This document shows positions 31,325 to 40,756 of a DNA stretch of 43,713 nucleotides, piece by piece (the first letter of the stretch is position 1; each line of letters starts with the position of its first letter). The notes below the pieces were generated by a model. It was given only the letters and a program-made list of their open reading frames with translations. It ran no database searches and had not been told where the DNA came from. The stretch lies in the IMG/VR virus record IMGVR_UViG_3300029882_000049. One strand, written 5' to 3'. Source of the stretch: a virus. The position numbers and the translations under genes are program-made.

Positions 31325-32599
31325 ATGGGCATCGCTAACTCCATGCAAGCTCTCGCTTCCGAGCAAGAGTACGTCCGCCCGGAACTCGAAGACCTTTCGC
31401 TTTCCGCATCCGTCCTCCGCAAGCGCATCCAGAAGAATACGTCGGTCAAGCCCGTATCAGACCGTCCGTGCCGCATCCCGACGATGCCTTCCCGTGGCGG
31501 CAAGCCGCGTGTAGGCAACATGAACGGCGCGGACATGGGCATCGGTTCTGGCCCGACTCAGGTTCCCGGCCAACTGACCACAACCTGCTTTATTCACGCC
31601 TTCAGCTACACCCGTCAGGCTGAGTATGCAACCGATTCGGACGAGAAGGCGATTGAGAACTTTGCCACACTCACCCGCTCGATTGCGCCGAAGCTGTTTG
31701 CCGACTTCCTCGACATTACGCTTCAGGGCGACGGCTCCAACACCCTCGACACCGTTGTTTCACTCGTCGCAGAGGGCGGCAACACGGTTGGCATCGTGGT
31801 CAACAACGCCAACTTCTTCCTTGACGATCAGGACGTTGACGTTTGGACGGCGGTTGGCGGCACGTTCGTTGCCACCATCACCGTGCAGGACTCGGACATC
31901 CTCTCCAATACCATCTGGCTTGCGAACGGTGTTACTACTGGCGTCATCACTGCCGGCATGAAGCTGCTTGTATCCGGCTCATCGGGTCAGGCCAATTCCG
32001 GCATGTTCGGTCTGCGCTACTATCAGGTTGGCACGAACACAGGCAACTGGATGGGCGTACAGCGTTCCGCGTGGCCGGGCAAGTACAACACTCCTTCCGT
32101 TGCCGTAAACGGCGCTCTCACTCCGCAGATCGTTCGCGCTCTCCAGACCCAGATGGAATTCTCGAAGGGCATGGACGTGGAAGATGAAGACTTGGTGGCT
32201 CACGCTACCCCGTCTGAGCTTGCCGCATGGGAGCAGAACGCGCTTCTCGTGCAGCACATCGACATGGCAATGCTCAAGGGCGATGAATCTGTGGACATGC
32301 TGAAGCGCAAAACGCCCAGCACTATCGGCGGACGGGAATTCCTTCCCAACCCTCGTGCGCTGCCGGGTTACATTGACTTCCTCGCACTCAAGAACGCTTT
32401 CCAGATTCAGACCAAAGCCGACGATTTCTACGATGTCGCAGGTCAGACTCTGTTCGGCGTGATTGGCGCAAGCGGCGGTCAGGCATCGGCAGTCGTTTTC
32501 TACATGATAAGCGAGCTTAATCTGGGAATGGTGCAGACCCGCGAAAATGCCTTTGCAAGCGGCATTGCTATCCCGTCAGGAATTCTCGGACAGGCATAG
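31325..32599 (+). CDS. Putative major capsid protein (424 aa).
   Basis: Position after the scaffold gene, appropriate size, GAGG RBS, and a preceding 160-bp intergenic region. Confidence 0.6.
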   Translation: MGIANSMQALASEQEYVRPELEDLSLSASVLRKRIQKNTSVKPVSDRPCRIPTMPSRGGKPRVGNMNGADMGIGSGPTQVPGQLTTTCFIHAFSYTRQAEYATDSDEKAIENFATLTRSIAPKLFADFLDITLQGDGSNTLDTVVSLVAEGGNTVGIVVNNANFFLDDQDVDVWTAVGGTFVATITVQDSDILSNTIWLANGVTTGVITAGMKLLVSGSSGQANSGMFGLRYYQVGTNTGNWMGVQRSAWPGKYNTPSVAVNGALTPQIVRALQTQMEFSKGMDVEDEDLVAHATPSELAAWEQNALLVQHIDMAMLKGDESVDMLKRKTPSTIGGREFLPNPRALPGYIDFLALKNAFQIQTKADDFYDVAGQTLFGVIGASGGQASAVVFYMISELNLGMVQTRENAFASGIAIPSGILGQA

Positions 32600-33285
32600 T
32601 GAGTGGACTCATCCAAGTCGATGGGGTGGTATCTGAGCCGACACACTGGCTCGGATACCCCACCCCTGAAACAATGAAACGGGTCGGAGGCTCCAATCCC
32701 TACGACGAACCTCTCTTCCGCATCGTGTTTGCGCCTTCCGTGCAAATGCTTTGCGGGGGTGAGTTTGCAGATGGATTCATTGGCTATCGAGCGCGTCCGG
32801 CTTATCGGCACATCGGCAGCAAATGGATTATGGAGAAGTGGATTTCGGCGTTTGACCATACGCTGATGACCGAGGAGGAGTACAACCTCAAATTCCGCGA
32901 CCCTTACAATGGATTGCTTTTGACTGGCCCTTATCCTTCGCGTGGTGTCTATTTTCAGTGCCACACGTTTGAGTTCTCGCAACCGGGAGACGGTGGAATC
33001 GACACCATCATCGCTCTGGTAAAGAAGGCCAAGACGAATGACCCGATTGCCAACGCGAGAGCCATCCGCGCAACACGTGAGGCTGAAGAGAAAGACCAGC
33101 AGCAGAAACGCTTCGACAAAATCAAGGATTTAATGCCCGTCGCTGGGATTCGCGCTGCGAACATTGGCGGACGGCCCAAAGCAACAAAATCAGCACCAAC
33201 CCCGAAGACGGCGAATGAACTTGGTTTGCCGATTCGTGGCGCAACACAGATTCGCCCGGAGAAACTTCACTATGCCAGTCGCTAA
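32599..33285 (+). CDS. Hypothetical virion-module protein (228 aa).
   Basis: GTG overlaps the capsid gene stop (TAGTG). Confidence 0.55.
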   Translation: MSGLIQVDGVVSEPTHWLGYPTPETMKRVGGSNPYDEPLFRIVFAPSVQMLCGGEFADGFIGYRARPAYRHIGSKWIMEKWISAFDHTLMTEEEYNLKFRDPYNGLLLTGPYPSRGVYFQCHTFEFSQPGDGGIDTIIALVKKAKTNDPIANARAIRATREAEEKDQQQKRFDKIKDLMPVAGIRAANIGGRPKATKSAPTPKTANELGLPIRGATQIRPEKLHYASR

Positions 33286-34063
33286 TCATTCAGGAATGAG
33301 AACCATCGCAGACGAACATATCGAGCGCAAGTTGGCTGTGGCGCGTGGCCGTGCTATTCCGCCTGTTCTGCCTGAGATTGAGGAGTTAAAGAAGAAGAAG
33401 GTTCACGTCTTCAACGTGGGGCCGTGGCCGATGCTGGTTAACACTGGCTCGACTGGCTCATTCCTGATTCCAGCGTGTCCAGAAGGAACCCCCTACGTAG
33501 AGCTTTTGGTGCGCGATGCCCACGGCAACGATGTTCCACCCATCAGCTACATCATGGACGAACTGTATCCTCAGTCCGAGGATGAGTACCGCCGCCTTCA
33601 GGAGCGCGGCAAAGATTTTGCCAAGTCGATGATTGGGCTTGGCCGTGGGCAGTCTCCGTCGAACGCACTGACGCATCAGGGCGTGTTTGTGGCTGAGGGC
33701 GAGAAACCAACCGCGCAAGAGTTGGAAGAAGCTCACGCGAAGCTCAAGGCTTACTGTGAGCAGGTAGTGCGGCAGATTGCGGACATCTACCAGACCGACC
33801 GCAAGGCGTTCTCGCAGATTGTTCGCCCAAAGGTGCATTTTGTGGCCGCTCGTGTTCTTGGCCGCGATAACGCCGTAGACTCGCCGTGGATGACTCAGGC
33901 GGCTCCGCAGGGGCGTACCAAGTGCAAGGGTTGTGGCGAGGTCAATGACCCCGATGTTGCTATCTGCAAGGGCTGCAAAGGCATCATCAACGCCGACCTC
34001 TACACAGCTTGGATGATTGAGCAGGACAACATTCGTTCCGCAACACAGCCGAAAGGAAAGTAG
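33272..34063 (+). CDS. Hypothetical virion-module protein with a C-terminal zinc ribbon (263 aa).
   Basis: Internal ATG at 33272. CKGCGEVNDPDVAICKGCKG near the C-terminus. Confidence 0.55.
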   Translation: MPVANHSGMRTIADEHIERKLAVARGRAIPPVLPEIEELKKKKVHVFNVGPWPMLVNTGSTGSFLIPACPEGTPYVELLVRDAHGNDVPPISYIMDELYPQSEDEYRRLQERGKDFAKSMIGLGRGQSPSNALTHQGVFVAEGEKPTAQELEEAHAKLKAYCEQVVRQIADIYQTDRKAFSQIVRPKVHFVAARVLGRDNAVDSPWMTQAAPQGRTKCKGCGEVNDPDVAICKGCKGIINADLYTAWMIEQDNIRSATQPKGK

Positions 34064-34120
34064 GAAAATCAATCGCCGCTGCCGCCGCCACTGACCGCGC
34101 CCTATGACTCGCTGGAAAGC

Positions 34121-34870
34121 GTGATGAATCTTGGGCGCGTGAGGATGGGGGACGCAATCGAATCTGTTGGGGGTGACATCCTCACGGACGAGCAGCCGTT
34201 TTCGCAGACGATGGTGATTGCGGCGTGGCGGAACTTTCAGGAATATCTCGCCAACATGGGCAGTTGCCGCTTCAAGAAGCCTTTGCTTCTAACGGCGCTT
34301 CCCGTTGTGGCGAATCTTGACCCAGCATCATGGACGGCACTGACATGGAGCAACTTCTTTGATGGGCAGAGCTACTGGACGCCGCCGCAAAGCCCGGTTC
34401 TCCCGCAGGACATGATTCTTCCGTTGAAGATCTGGGAGCGGCAAACAGGAACAGCATCGCAGTTCGATGCGGCTCCCATGACCCAAGCGGCAGAGCAGCT
34501 ACCCTTCGCTCGTAAGGGGCCGTATAACGCTTTCTGGTATTGGGAGAATGACACACTCTATATGCCGGGGTCGCTGTACTCGATGGATTTGAGGATGGAA
34601 TATGCGGCGTATCTTCCCGACTTCGCGGCCAATCAGGATGGCACAGTCATCGGCGCGCAGCCAGTTCCTGTTATGCGGGCGCTCAATCCATTGGCATGGT
34701 ATTTTTGTGCAGAGGCAGCGGAAGGCCGCGACGATGTTGATAAGGATTCGTTCATCGCTAAAGCAGAAAAGGCGTGCCGAAATCTTTTCAACCGCGAAGT
34801 AGCAATGAAGCAGCGCAGACCAGTTTCACGGCGGAGCTTTTCTGGCCGCCGAGCTTACGGAGTTTTCTAA
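34121..34870 (+). CDS. Hypothetical virion-module protein (249 aa); adaptor or tail-tubular-A-like by position.
   Basis: Assigned by synteny only. The start is GTG 34121 or ATG 34124. Confidence 0.5.
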   Translation: MMNLGRVRMGDAIESVGGDILTDEQPFSQTMVIAAWRNFQEYLANMGSCRFKKPLLLTALPVVANLDPASWTALTWSNFFDGQSYWTPPQSPVLPQDMILPLKIWERQTGTASQFDAAPMTQAAEQLPFARKGPYNAFWYWENDTLYMPGSLYSMDLRMEYAAYLPDFAANQDGTVIGAQPVPVMRALNPLAWYFCAEAAEGRDDVDKDSFIAKAEKACRNLFNREVAMKQRRPVSRRSFSGRRAYGVF

Positions 34871-34880
34871 AGGAGAAAAC

Positions 34881-35432
34881 ATGGCAACCGCACTAACATT
34901 CGACAATCTGCAAGGCGTACCCGATGTGACCGACCGCGAGGAATTCGTTTCGGGTGTCATTACTTTCTCCGGCAGCTACGTGACAGGCGGCGATACGTTG
35001 TCCTTCGCTGGCACGAACAAGATTCAATCCCGATCGGCTCCAAACCGCGTGGAACTTTATGAGGAGCCTCTGGCGGCATCGCAGACGGCTACTGGAGCGA
35101 CGTTTGTTTTTGCAAAGGGGACGACACAGGCGAATGGCAAGATTCAGATTTTTCGCCCCGGTGCCGGGACGGGAACGGTCGCATCAACATCGACCGCACC
35201 AACCATCACAACCGTCGCCAACGCTTCCACGGCAGCTCCCGTTTATGTTACGGGCGGAGCACTCACTGAGATTGCCGGCGCAACGGGTATCACTGGCGTT
35301 CAGGCTCCCACGATTACCTCGACCTTCACAGGAACGGGCGGCGCGGCGGCGCAGTTCCCCGCTGGTGCTTACGGTTCGGCGTTCGCGACCACTACGGTCA
35401 AATTCCGGGCGTGGTTCCCTCTGGGGCAGTAA
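34881..35432 (+). CDS. Hypothetical virion-module protein (183 aa).
   Basis: GGAGAAAAC RBS. Thr/Gly/Ala-rich. Confidence 0.55.
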   Translation: MATALTFDNLQGVPDVTDREEFVSGVITFSGSYVTGGDTLSFAGTNKIQSRSAPNRVELYEEPLAASQTATGATFVFAKGTTQANGKIQIFRPGAGTGTVASTSTAPTITTVANASTAAPVYVTGGALTEIAGATGITGVQAPTITSTFTGTGGAAAQFPAGAYGSAFATTTVKFRAWFPLGQ

Positions 35433-35435
35433 TTC

Positions 35436-38400
35436 ATGGCGATTAGTCCGACAGGCGCGGTTCCTGTTCCGTTAAGCGTATTCGGGGGGTGGGTTTCGGA
35501 AGTACCACCGGAATCACTCCCCGAAAATGTTTCACCGGATTGCCCCGACGTAGCGTTTGAGCCGGGTGGAGTAGGTTCACGCCCCTGTACGGACATCGTT
35601 CTTGGCGCTCCGTTCCCCGCTGGTGGCGTCGATGGGTTTGTGCCTACAGTTGTCTACGCCAAGAGTTTCAAAACGCCCACAGGGACAATTAATAATCTCT
35701 ATTGTGATTCCAACGGCGTGTTCTACGTTGAAGACCTGACAAATTCTCCGGGAACGTATACGGTTCTCTTCACTTCGACACCGGGAAGCACTTGTAAGTC
35801 AATTACACAGTTTGGGCGCGAATATATCGCCATTTCTGACGGGCTGCATGGTTCCGAAGTTCCTTTGCAGTGGGACGGGACTCTGCTTCGCAGGTACACT
35901 TGTGACGGCCCCGGAGCTCCCCCCACGGTTGCAAATCTGGCGCTTGCATCTTCGCAGATGGCCCCGGCACCCAACACGCTCACGCGCAATGCGAACCTTG
36001 TTACGGCGAACACCGCGACCCCGCACAATCTTCTCGTCGGCTATCAGGCACAGATTTCTAACATGCCGGACTCCAACTCAACAGATGTAAACCAGAGCAT
36101 GAACGGAAACCCCGGCAATGTCGGTGGCGATTGGCAGTATGTAGGAACTCAGTTCCGCACTCACTTCGAGCCAGTGACCACGGCTTTGGGCGATATGACC
36201 GTTGCGGGGCTAGGTTTCACCATTCCTTCAGCCGCGACAATTCTTGGCGTCACCATCAGCGCGGTTCTCATCTCGCAATTCGCTACAACAAGCTATCTCT
36301 CGCAGGCCGCTCTCTGGAATGGCAGTGGTCTACTCGGAACAGCTAAAACGCCGGGAACTCCATTCACCACTTCTTACAATACGGTGACTTATGGAAGCGC
36401 GGGCGACCAGTGGGGAGCGGCGCTGACTCCGGCTATCGTGAACGACCCGACCTTCGGTTTTTCTATGGCGGTCGTTACAGATACTTCGCGCGTCTTCATC
36501 GGTCAGCCTTTTGCGGTGACTGTCTACTACACACTATCTGGTACGGGTACAGTTGCCTTCGTTAGCTCTATCGTCATCAACAATGAGACGGAACCCGGTC
36601 TAGCTTTGGTGACAACGACAGAGCCACATGGGCTTGTTCCGGGCATATCGGTTTCTATTGTTGGAGTCGAGCCGGGTGTCATTACCACGATTGCTGAAGC
36701 GCAGTGGTCGGCTGGTAAAACTACAATCACCACAACAGCGAGTCACAACCTGAATCCGGGCAGTGTCGTTCAGATTGCGGGAGTCACAACCGCAACAGGA
36801 ACAACTGCATTTAGTTTCAATGGAACATTTACGGTCGATACCGTTCCCTCGCCAAACCAGATCACCTACATTCAAACTCCCATCACAGCAGTTGACCCAG
36901 ACGTTATCAACGCAACAGGAAGCACAGGAAATATCACTATTGCGTGGCCGATTCCTGACAACACACCGACACCGACCTACTTCAACGTGGAATCCGCCCC
37001 GACCCCGACGACTTTCTATGTGGCGGTTTCCTACTCCGATGGAAGGTGGACAACGGGCACTGTGGGTTTTGCGTGGGAGGGAACTTTCTATGTGACGGGG
37101 GTTATTTCTCCAACGCAGTTCATATATAGGCAGTATGGGCCGAACGGAGCGACGACTGCGATAGGAACTGTGACACCCTTTGGACAAGCAGCGCCGGGGC
37201 TTCACTTGATGGAGGTGCTTTGGTTGACGGACGAGGGAGCAATTCCCGCACCATCTCCACCCGTCACCATTATTGCGAACGGAGGACAATATCTATCGGT
37301 AACGAATATTCCTATCGGGCCTTCGTATGTTAAGGCGAGAATCCTTGCATTTACGGGAGCGCAACCGAATGTGCCGGGTGAGTTGCCGCCGTTCTTTTAT
37401 ATTCCGCAAACACCACAGACGGAAGGCCAGATTATCGGCACTTCCACGCAGGTAAACGACAACACCACGACCTCTGTTGTTCTGGATTTCTCAGACAATA
37501 CGCTCTACGCGGCGCTCGGCATATCTATTCCCGGTAACACTTTGGCAAATCAGATAAAGCTCGATGGGGCTTTGGGCTTTGGCGCTTACGAATCGCGTCT
37601 GCTAACGTGGGGCCAAAGAAACATCATCAACAACCTGCTCAATATGGGATTTGGTGGTGGCGCTTCTGCTCTAGCGCCTACTGTGCCACTGGGTTGGACT
37701 ATAACAGGTAACGGCGGCTCTCTTGTTGCAGGCAGGTTTGGTGGTCAGGCGTGGAACATGAACGCCGCGCTTGGAACGGCTGGGCTATCTCAGGGATTCT
37801 ATGAAGATGCCTATGGCGCTCCGATTGGGATTGTAGACGATGACCCAACGGGTGTGACCTATATTTTTAGGTGCTACCTTGTTGTGCAGTCGCCGGGGAG
37901 TTTTGTTGCAACCATCACAAGCCCCGTAACTGGATTTCAGACGCAAGCGATAATTAATTTCACAAAAACCGGATGGTATCAGCAAGAATTTAACTTGCCA
38001 ACACCAGACAGCATACCGCCTGACACGGTTCTCTATTATCAAATCTTCAGCGGTCAGGCCACGCTATCCGAGACAATGCTCATCGACTCAGAAACGCCCT
38101 ACACGGATGAGTTGGCATATGGCTCGTATCTCAACAACCCAGAGGGAGTCGATGGCGTGTCGGGGCAGTTTGGCCCCAACAATGACCCATCTAAGCTGAT
38201 GGACATAGGCATCCTCCGCGATACGCTCTATTTGCTCACACAAGCCCCTTCGGGACGGTTGCACGAAACCACCGGCAGCGGCGTCACCGAGCCTTCGGGC
38301 TGGCAGGTCAATGAAGTCTCTGCGGATTGCGGAATTCTCTCGGCTATCAGCCTCACTCACTCGCAAGCGGATGACGTTACTTCATCGGGTGGGGATGATT

Positions 38401-39266
38401 GGATGGCATGGCCCACCGAAGGCGGAGCGGTTATCTTCGGCGGGGGAACTGTTGAAAAAATCAGCCAAGAGATTCAGCCAAACTGGTATGACCCTACCAA
38501 GAGCAATACGGCCATCCAAATCAACATGGACGCGGCGCTGACAGTCTGGGGTTTGAATGACCCCGTACAGCGGCTGCTGATGTTCGGCGTACCCATTGGT
38601 GCTGCTACGGCTCCGAATAAAATCTACGTGCTGAACTATCGCAACCTCAACTCAGCCTCAGCGATTGCTGGTTCGCCGCCGTTCCACCCGTCATTTGCTG
38701 GAAAGCTGATTGCGACAGACAATTCGCGCAAGTGGGCGCCGTGGAACCTTCCGATGAACGGCGCGGTGCGGATGTATCGATCGAACGGAGCGGCGCTGAC
38801 GTTGGTGATGTTGGGCGGCAATGGACAGGCTTACGGCGAATCGGCGGGGTTCGGAAATATCTACACACTGAACCCGGCACTTCTCACGGATGAGGACTTT
38901 GGACTCGTGCAACCTTACTACGTCACCTACTTTTTCCTTGATCCTGAAAAGGCGCAGGCGTTGCAACTCAAGGGGCTTCGTATTTTGCTTGCCTACCTGA
39001 GAATCTACGTGCAAGGTGTCGGCAAAGTAACGTGCAGTTACTATTCTGATTCCCTACAAAGATTGTGGAAGTTATCCACAACTCGTACTCTCACCCCGAA
39101 CTATTTCAAGGACAGAGAGTTTGGCGGCGGTCAATGCACTGGCGACAGAATCGCCATCAAGATTGCCTCGTTTCCCACTGAAGGGACGGACAACAGCTTC
39201 AAAATGACACGGCTTACAGCGTTCATTGCAGATGCAAAACTTAAAATCACCGGAGCGAACAAATAA
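35436..39266 (+). CDS. Large tail protein (1276 aa); nozzle or tail-tubular-B-like by position.
   Basis: The largest ORF, located between the head genes and the internal virion genes. It contains repeated T..pH.L..G...-I.G-type modules. Confidence 0.6.
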   Translation: MAISPTGAVPVPLSVFGGWVSEVPPESLPENVSPDCPDVAFEPGGVGSRPCTDIVLGAPFPAGGVDGFVPTVVYAKSFKTPTGTINNLYCDSNGVFYVEDLTNSPGTYTVLFTSTPGSTCKSITQFGREYIAISDGLHGSEVPLQWDGTLLRRYTCDGPGAPPTVANLALASSQMAPAPNTLTRNANLVTANTATPHNLLVGYQAQISNMPDSNSTDVNQSMNGNPGNVGGDWQYVGTQFRTHFEPVTTALGDMTVAGLGFTIPSAATILGVTISAVLISQFATTSYLSQAALWNGSGLLGTAKTPGTPFTTSYNTVTYGSAGDQWGAALTPAIVNDPTFGFSMAVVTDTSRVFIGQPFAVTVYYTLSGTGTVAFVSSIVINNETEPGLALVTTTEPHGLVPGISVSIVGVEPGVITTIAEAQWSAGKTTITTTASHNLNPGSVVQIAGVTTATGTTAFSFNGTFTVDTVPSPNQITYIQTPITAVDPDVINATGSTGNITIAWPIPDNTPTPTYFNVESAPTPTTFYVAVSYSDGRWTTGTVGFAWEGTFYVTGVISPTQFIYRQYGPNGATTAIGTVTPFGQAAPGLHLMEVLWLTDEGAIPAPSPPVTIIANGGQYLSVTNIPIGPSYVKARILAFTGAQPNVPGELPPFFYIPQTPQTEGQIIGTSTQVNDNTTTSVVLDFSDNTLYAALGISIPGNTLANQIKLDGALGFGAYESRLLTWGQRNIINNLLNMGFGGGASALAPTVPLGWTITGNGGSLVAGRFGGQAWNMNAALGTAGLSQGFYEDAYGAPIGIVDDDPTGVTYIFRCYLVVQSPGSFVATITSPVTGFQTQAIINFTKTGWYQQEFNLPTPDSIPPDTVLYYQIFSGQATLSETMLIDSETPYTDELAYGSYLNNPEGVDGVSGQFGPNNDPSKLMDIGILRDTLYLLTQAPSGRLHETTGSGVTEPSGWQVNEVSADCGILSAISLTHSQADDVTSSGGDDWMAWPTEGGAVIFGGGTVEKISQEIQPNWYDPTKSNTAIQINMDAALTVWGLNDPVQRLLMFGVPIGAATAPNKIYVLNYRNLNSASAIAGSPPFHPSFAGKLIATDNSRKWAPWNLPMNGAVRMYRSNGAALTLVMLGGNGQAYGESAGFGNIYTLNPALLTDEDFGLVQPYYVTYFFLDPEKAQALQLKGLRILLAYLRIYVQGVGKVTCSYYSDSLQRLWKLSTTRTLTPNYFKDREFGGGQCTGDRIAIKIASFPTEGTDNSFKMTRLTAFIADAKLKITGANK

Positions 39267-39832
39267 TGCCGGAAACTCCGCGCAATCTCGATTGGATACG
39301 CACCCTCAAGCTGGAGGGGCACCCTGAGTTTGGGGCGCGTCTTCACGAACTAGTTTCTGACCTGCACACGAACACGAAGCAAGTAGCCCAGCAGACAAAT
39401 TCGAGTCTCGAAGGAACCCCACACCCCCCGCCGCCGCTACAGTCAGTGACAGTCACGCCTACGGGGGTCGGGCATCATGTTTCCATCGCGCACGGAGCAG
39501 ACTTCTATCAGGGCTGCACCTATCATGTGGAATCTTCCGAGAGTCCGCAGATGACCAACCCCTTCCCTGAGTACAGCGGCCCATCGCGGGAGATAAATCT
39601 TGCGACGGGAAGCCAAAAACTTTACTTTCAGGCGTTCGCTTCCTACCCGACGAGCAGCAACACGACTCCAGTTTTCCACGGTGGCACAACGCCCATGCCA
39701 GTGACGGGCGGCGTGAGTGTTCCACGTGGAACATCGCAGGGTGGTGGTACTGGACGCCCCGGTTCTGGACTCAGCGGCTTCGGGCCAATTCCATATCGCG
39801 GCAGCAAACCACCGCAGCGGGGTAAGGTATGA
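39266..39832 (+). CDS. Hypothetical virion-module protein (188 aa).
   Basis: TAATG junction with the upstream gene. Pro/Gly-rich. Confidence 0.55.
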   Translation: MPETPRNLDWIRTLKLEGHPEFGARLHELVSDLHTNTKQVAQQTNSSLEGTPHPPPPLQSVTVTPTGVGHHVSIAHGADFYQGCTYHVESSESPQMTNPFPEYSGPSREINLATGSQKLYFQAFASYPTSSNTTPVFHGGTTPMPVTGGVSVPRGTSQGGGTGRPGSGLSGFGPIPYRGSKPPQRGKV

Positions 39833-40197
39833 CCACGCGCCCGCTAGAAGCCCGCGACCTGCCTATTTTGGAAGCGATATACAATGAGTTGCAACTGAAC
39901 TTTGACGATGGCTTTCCGAAGGACTTACAGCACGCCTTTGTTGTTGTAGATGAGGAAGATACGCCGATTATGATGTGCGGAGTGAAGATGGTTCCCGAAC
40001 TCGTGATGATTTGCGACCGCAGACCGCATGTTGTGGTGCGGTTGAAGGGAATTGCTCTCTTGCACGAGGCGTTGCGGAAGGTTTTTCCATCGGGGGCGTT
40101 TTGTTTCATCTCGCCCAAGTTTGGCATAGGGTTTGCAGCAACGATGATGAAAAGGTTTGGGTGGCAGGAGACGTGGAAGGCGTTCAAGGTGACATAG
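39829..40197 (+). CDS. Small GNAT-like protein (122 aa); tentative.
   Basis: ATGA-coupled start. The N-terminus RPLEARDLPILEAIY is typical of GNAT starts, and FGIGFAATMMKRFGW is motif-A-like. The protein is short for a GNAT. Confidence 0.35.
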   Translation: MTTRPLEARDLPILEAIYNELQLNFDDGFPKDLQHAFVVVDEEDTPIMMCGVKMVPELVMICDRRPHVVVRLKGIALLHEALRKVFPSGAFCFISPKFGIGFAATMMKRFGWQETWKAFKVT

Positions 40198-40755
40198 ATG
40201 CCGAAGGGCGTAGCGGGCGATGCACTTAATAATTCGGGAACAGCCAGTTCGCTTTCGAGTGGGCTAACCTCCAATGCCAACAGTATTTACGGAGGACTTG
40301 CTCCCACGCTTGCGGCAGAAGCGGCGCACCCTTCTGGGTTTACACCAGCGCAGATTGCCTCACAAAACACGGCAGCGCAGGAGTCGGCAGGTGGTTCGCA
40401 AGCTGCCGCGTCCGGCGCTGGAGGACTCTATGCGGCTCGCACAAAGAATGCTGGCGCAGCGCAAAACGCTATCGCGGCTGGAACGCGCGCTGCCGGCAAC
40501 AACCTTTCTAAGGCGGCTGTCGGCGTGCAAACGAATGATGCTGATTTGGCGCAGAAGAAACAGCAAGAAGGCATTTCTGGACTTGGAGGCCTGTACTCAA
40601 CCGAATTGGGCGGCGGAGAGAAGGCGCTCGGACTGTCGAACGACGCGCTAAAGACCTCGGCGGAGGCTTCGGGTGATAATCCATGGCTAAAGCTATTGCA
40701 ATCTGGAATTGCGGCGGGAGGACAGATAGGCGCTGCGGCGCTGACACCGAGCTAA
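40198..40755 (+). CDS. Ala/Gly-rich internal-virion/ejection-like protein (185 aa).
   Basis: Low-complexity A/G/S/Q composition. Its position before the larger internal proteins parallels the T7 gp14-16 order. Confidence 0.5.
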   Translation: MPKGVAGDALNNSGTASSLSSGLTSNANSIYGGLAPTLAAEAAHPSGFTPAQIASQNTAAQESAGGSQAAASGAGGLYAARTKNAGAAQNAIAAGTRAAGNNLSKAAVGVQTNDADLAQKKQQEGISGLGGLYSTELGGGEKALGLSNDALKTSAEASGDNPWLKLLQSGIAAGGQIGAAALTPS

Positions 40756-40756
40756 T

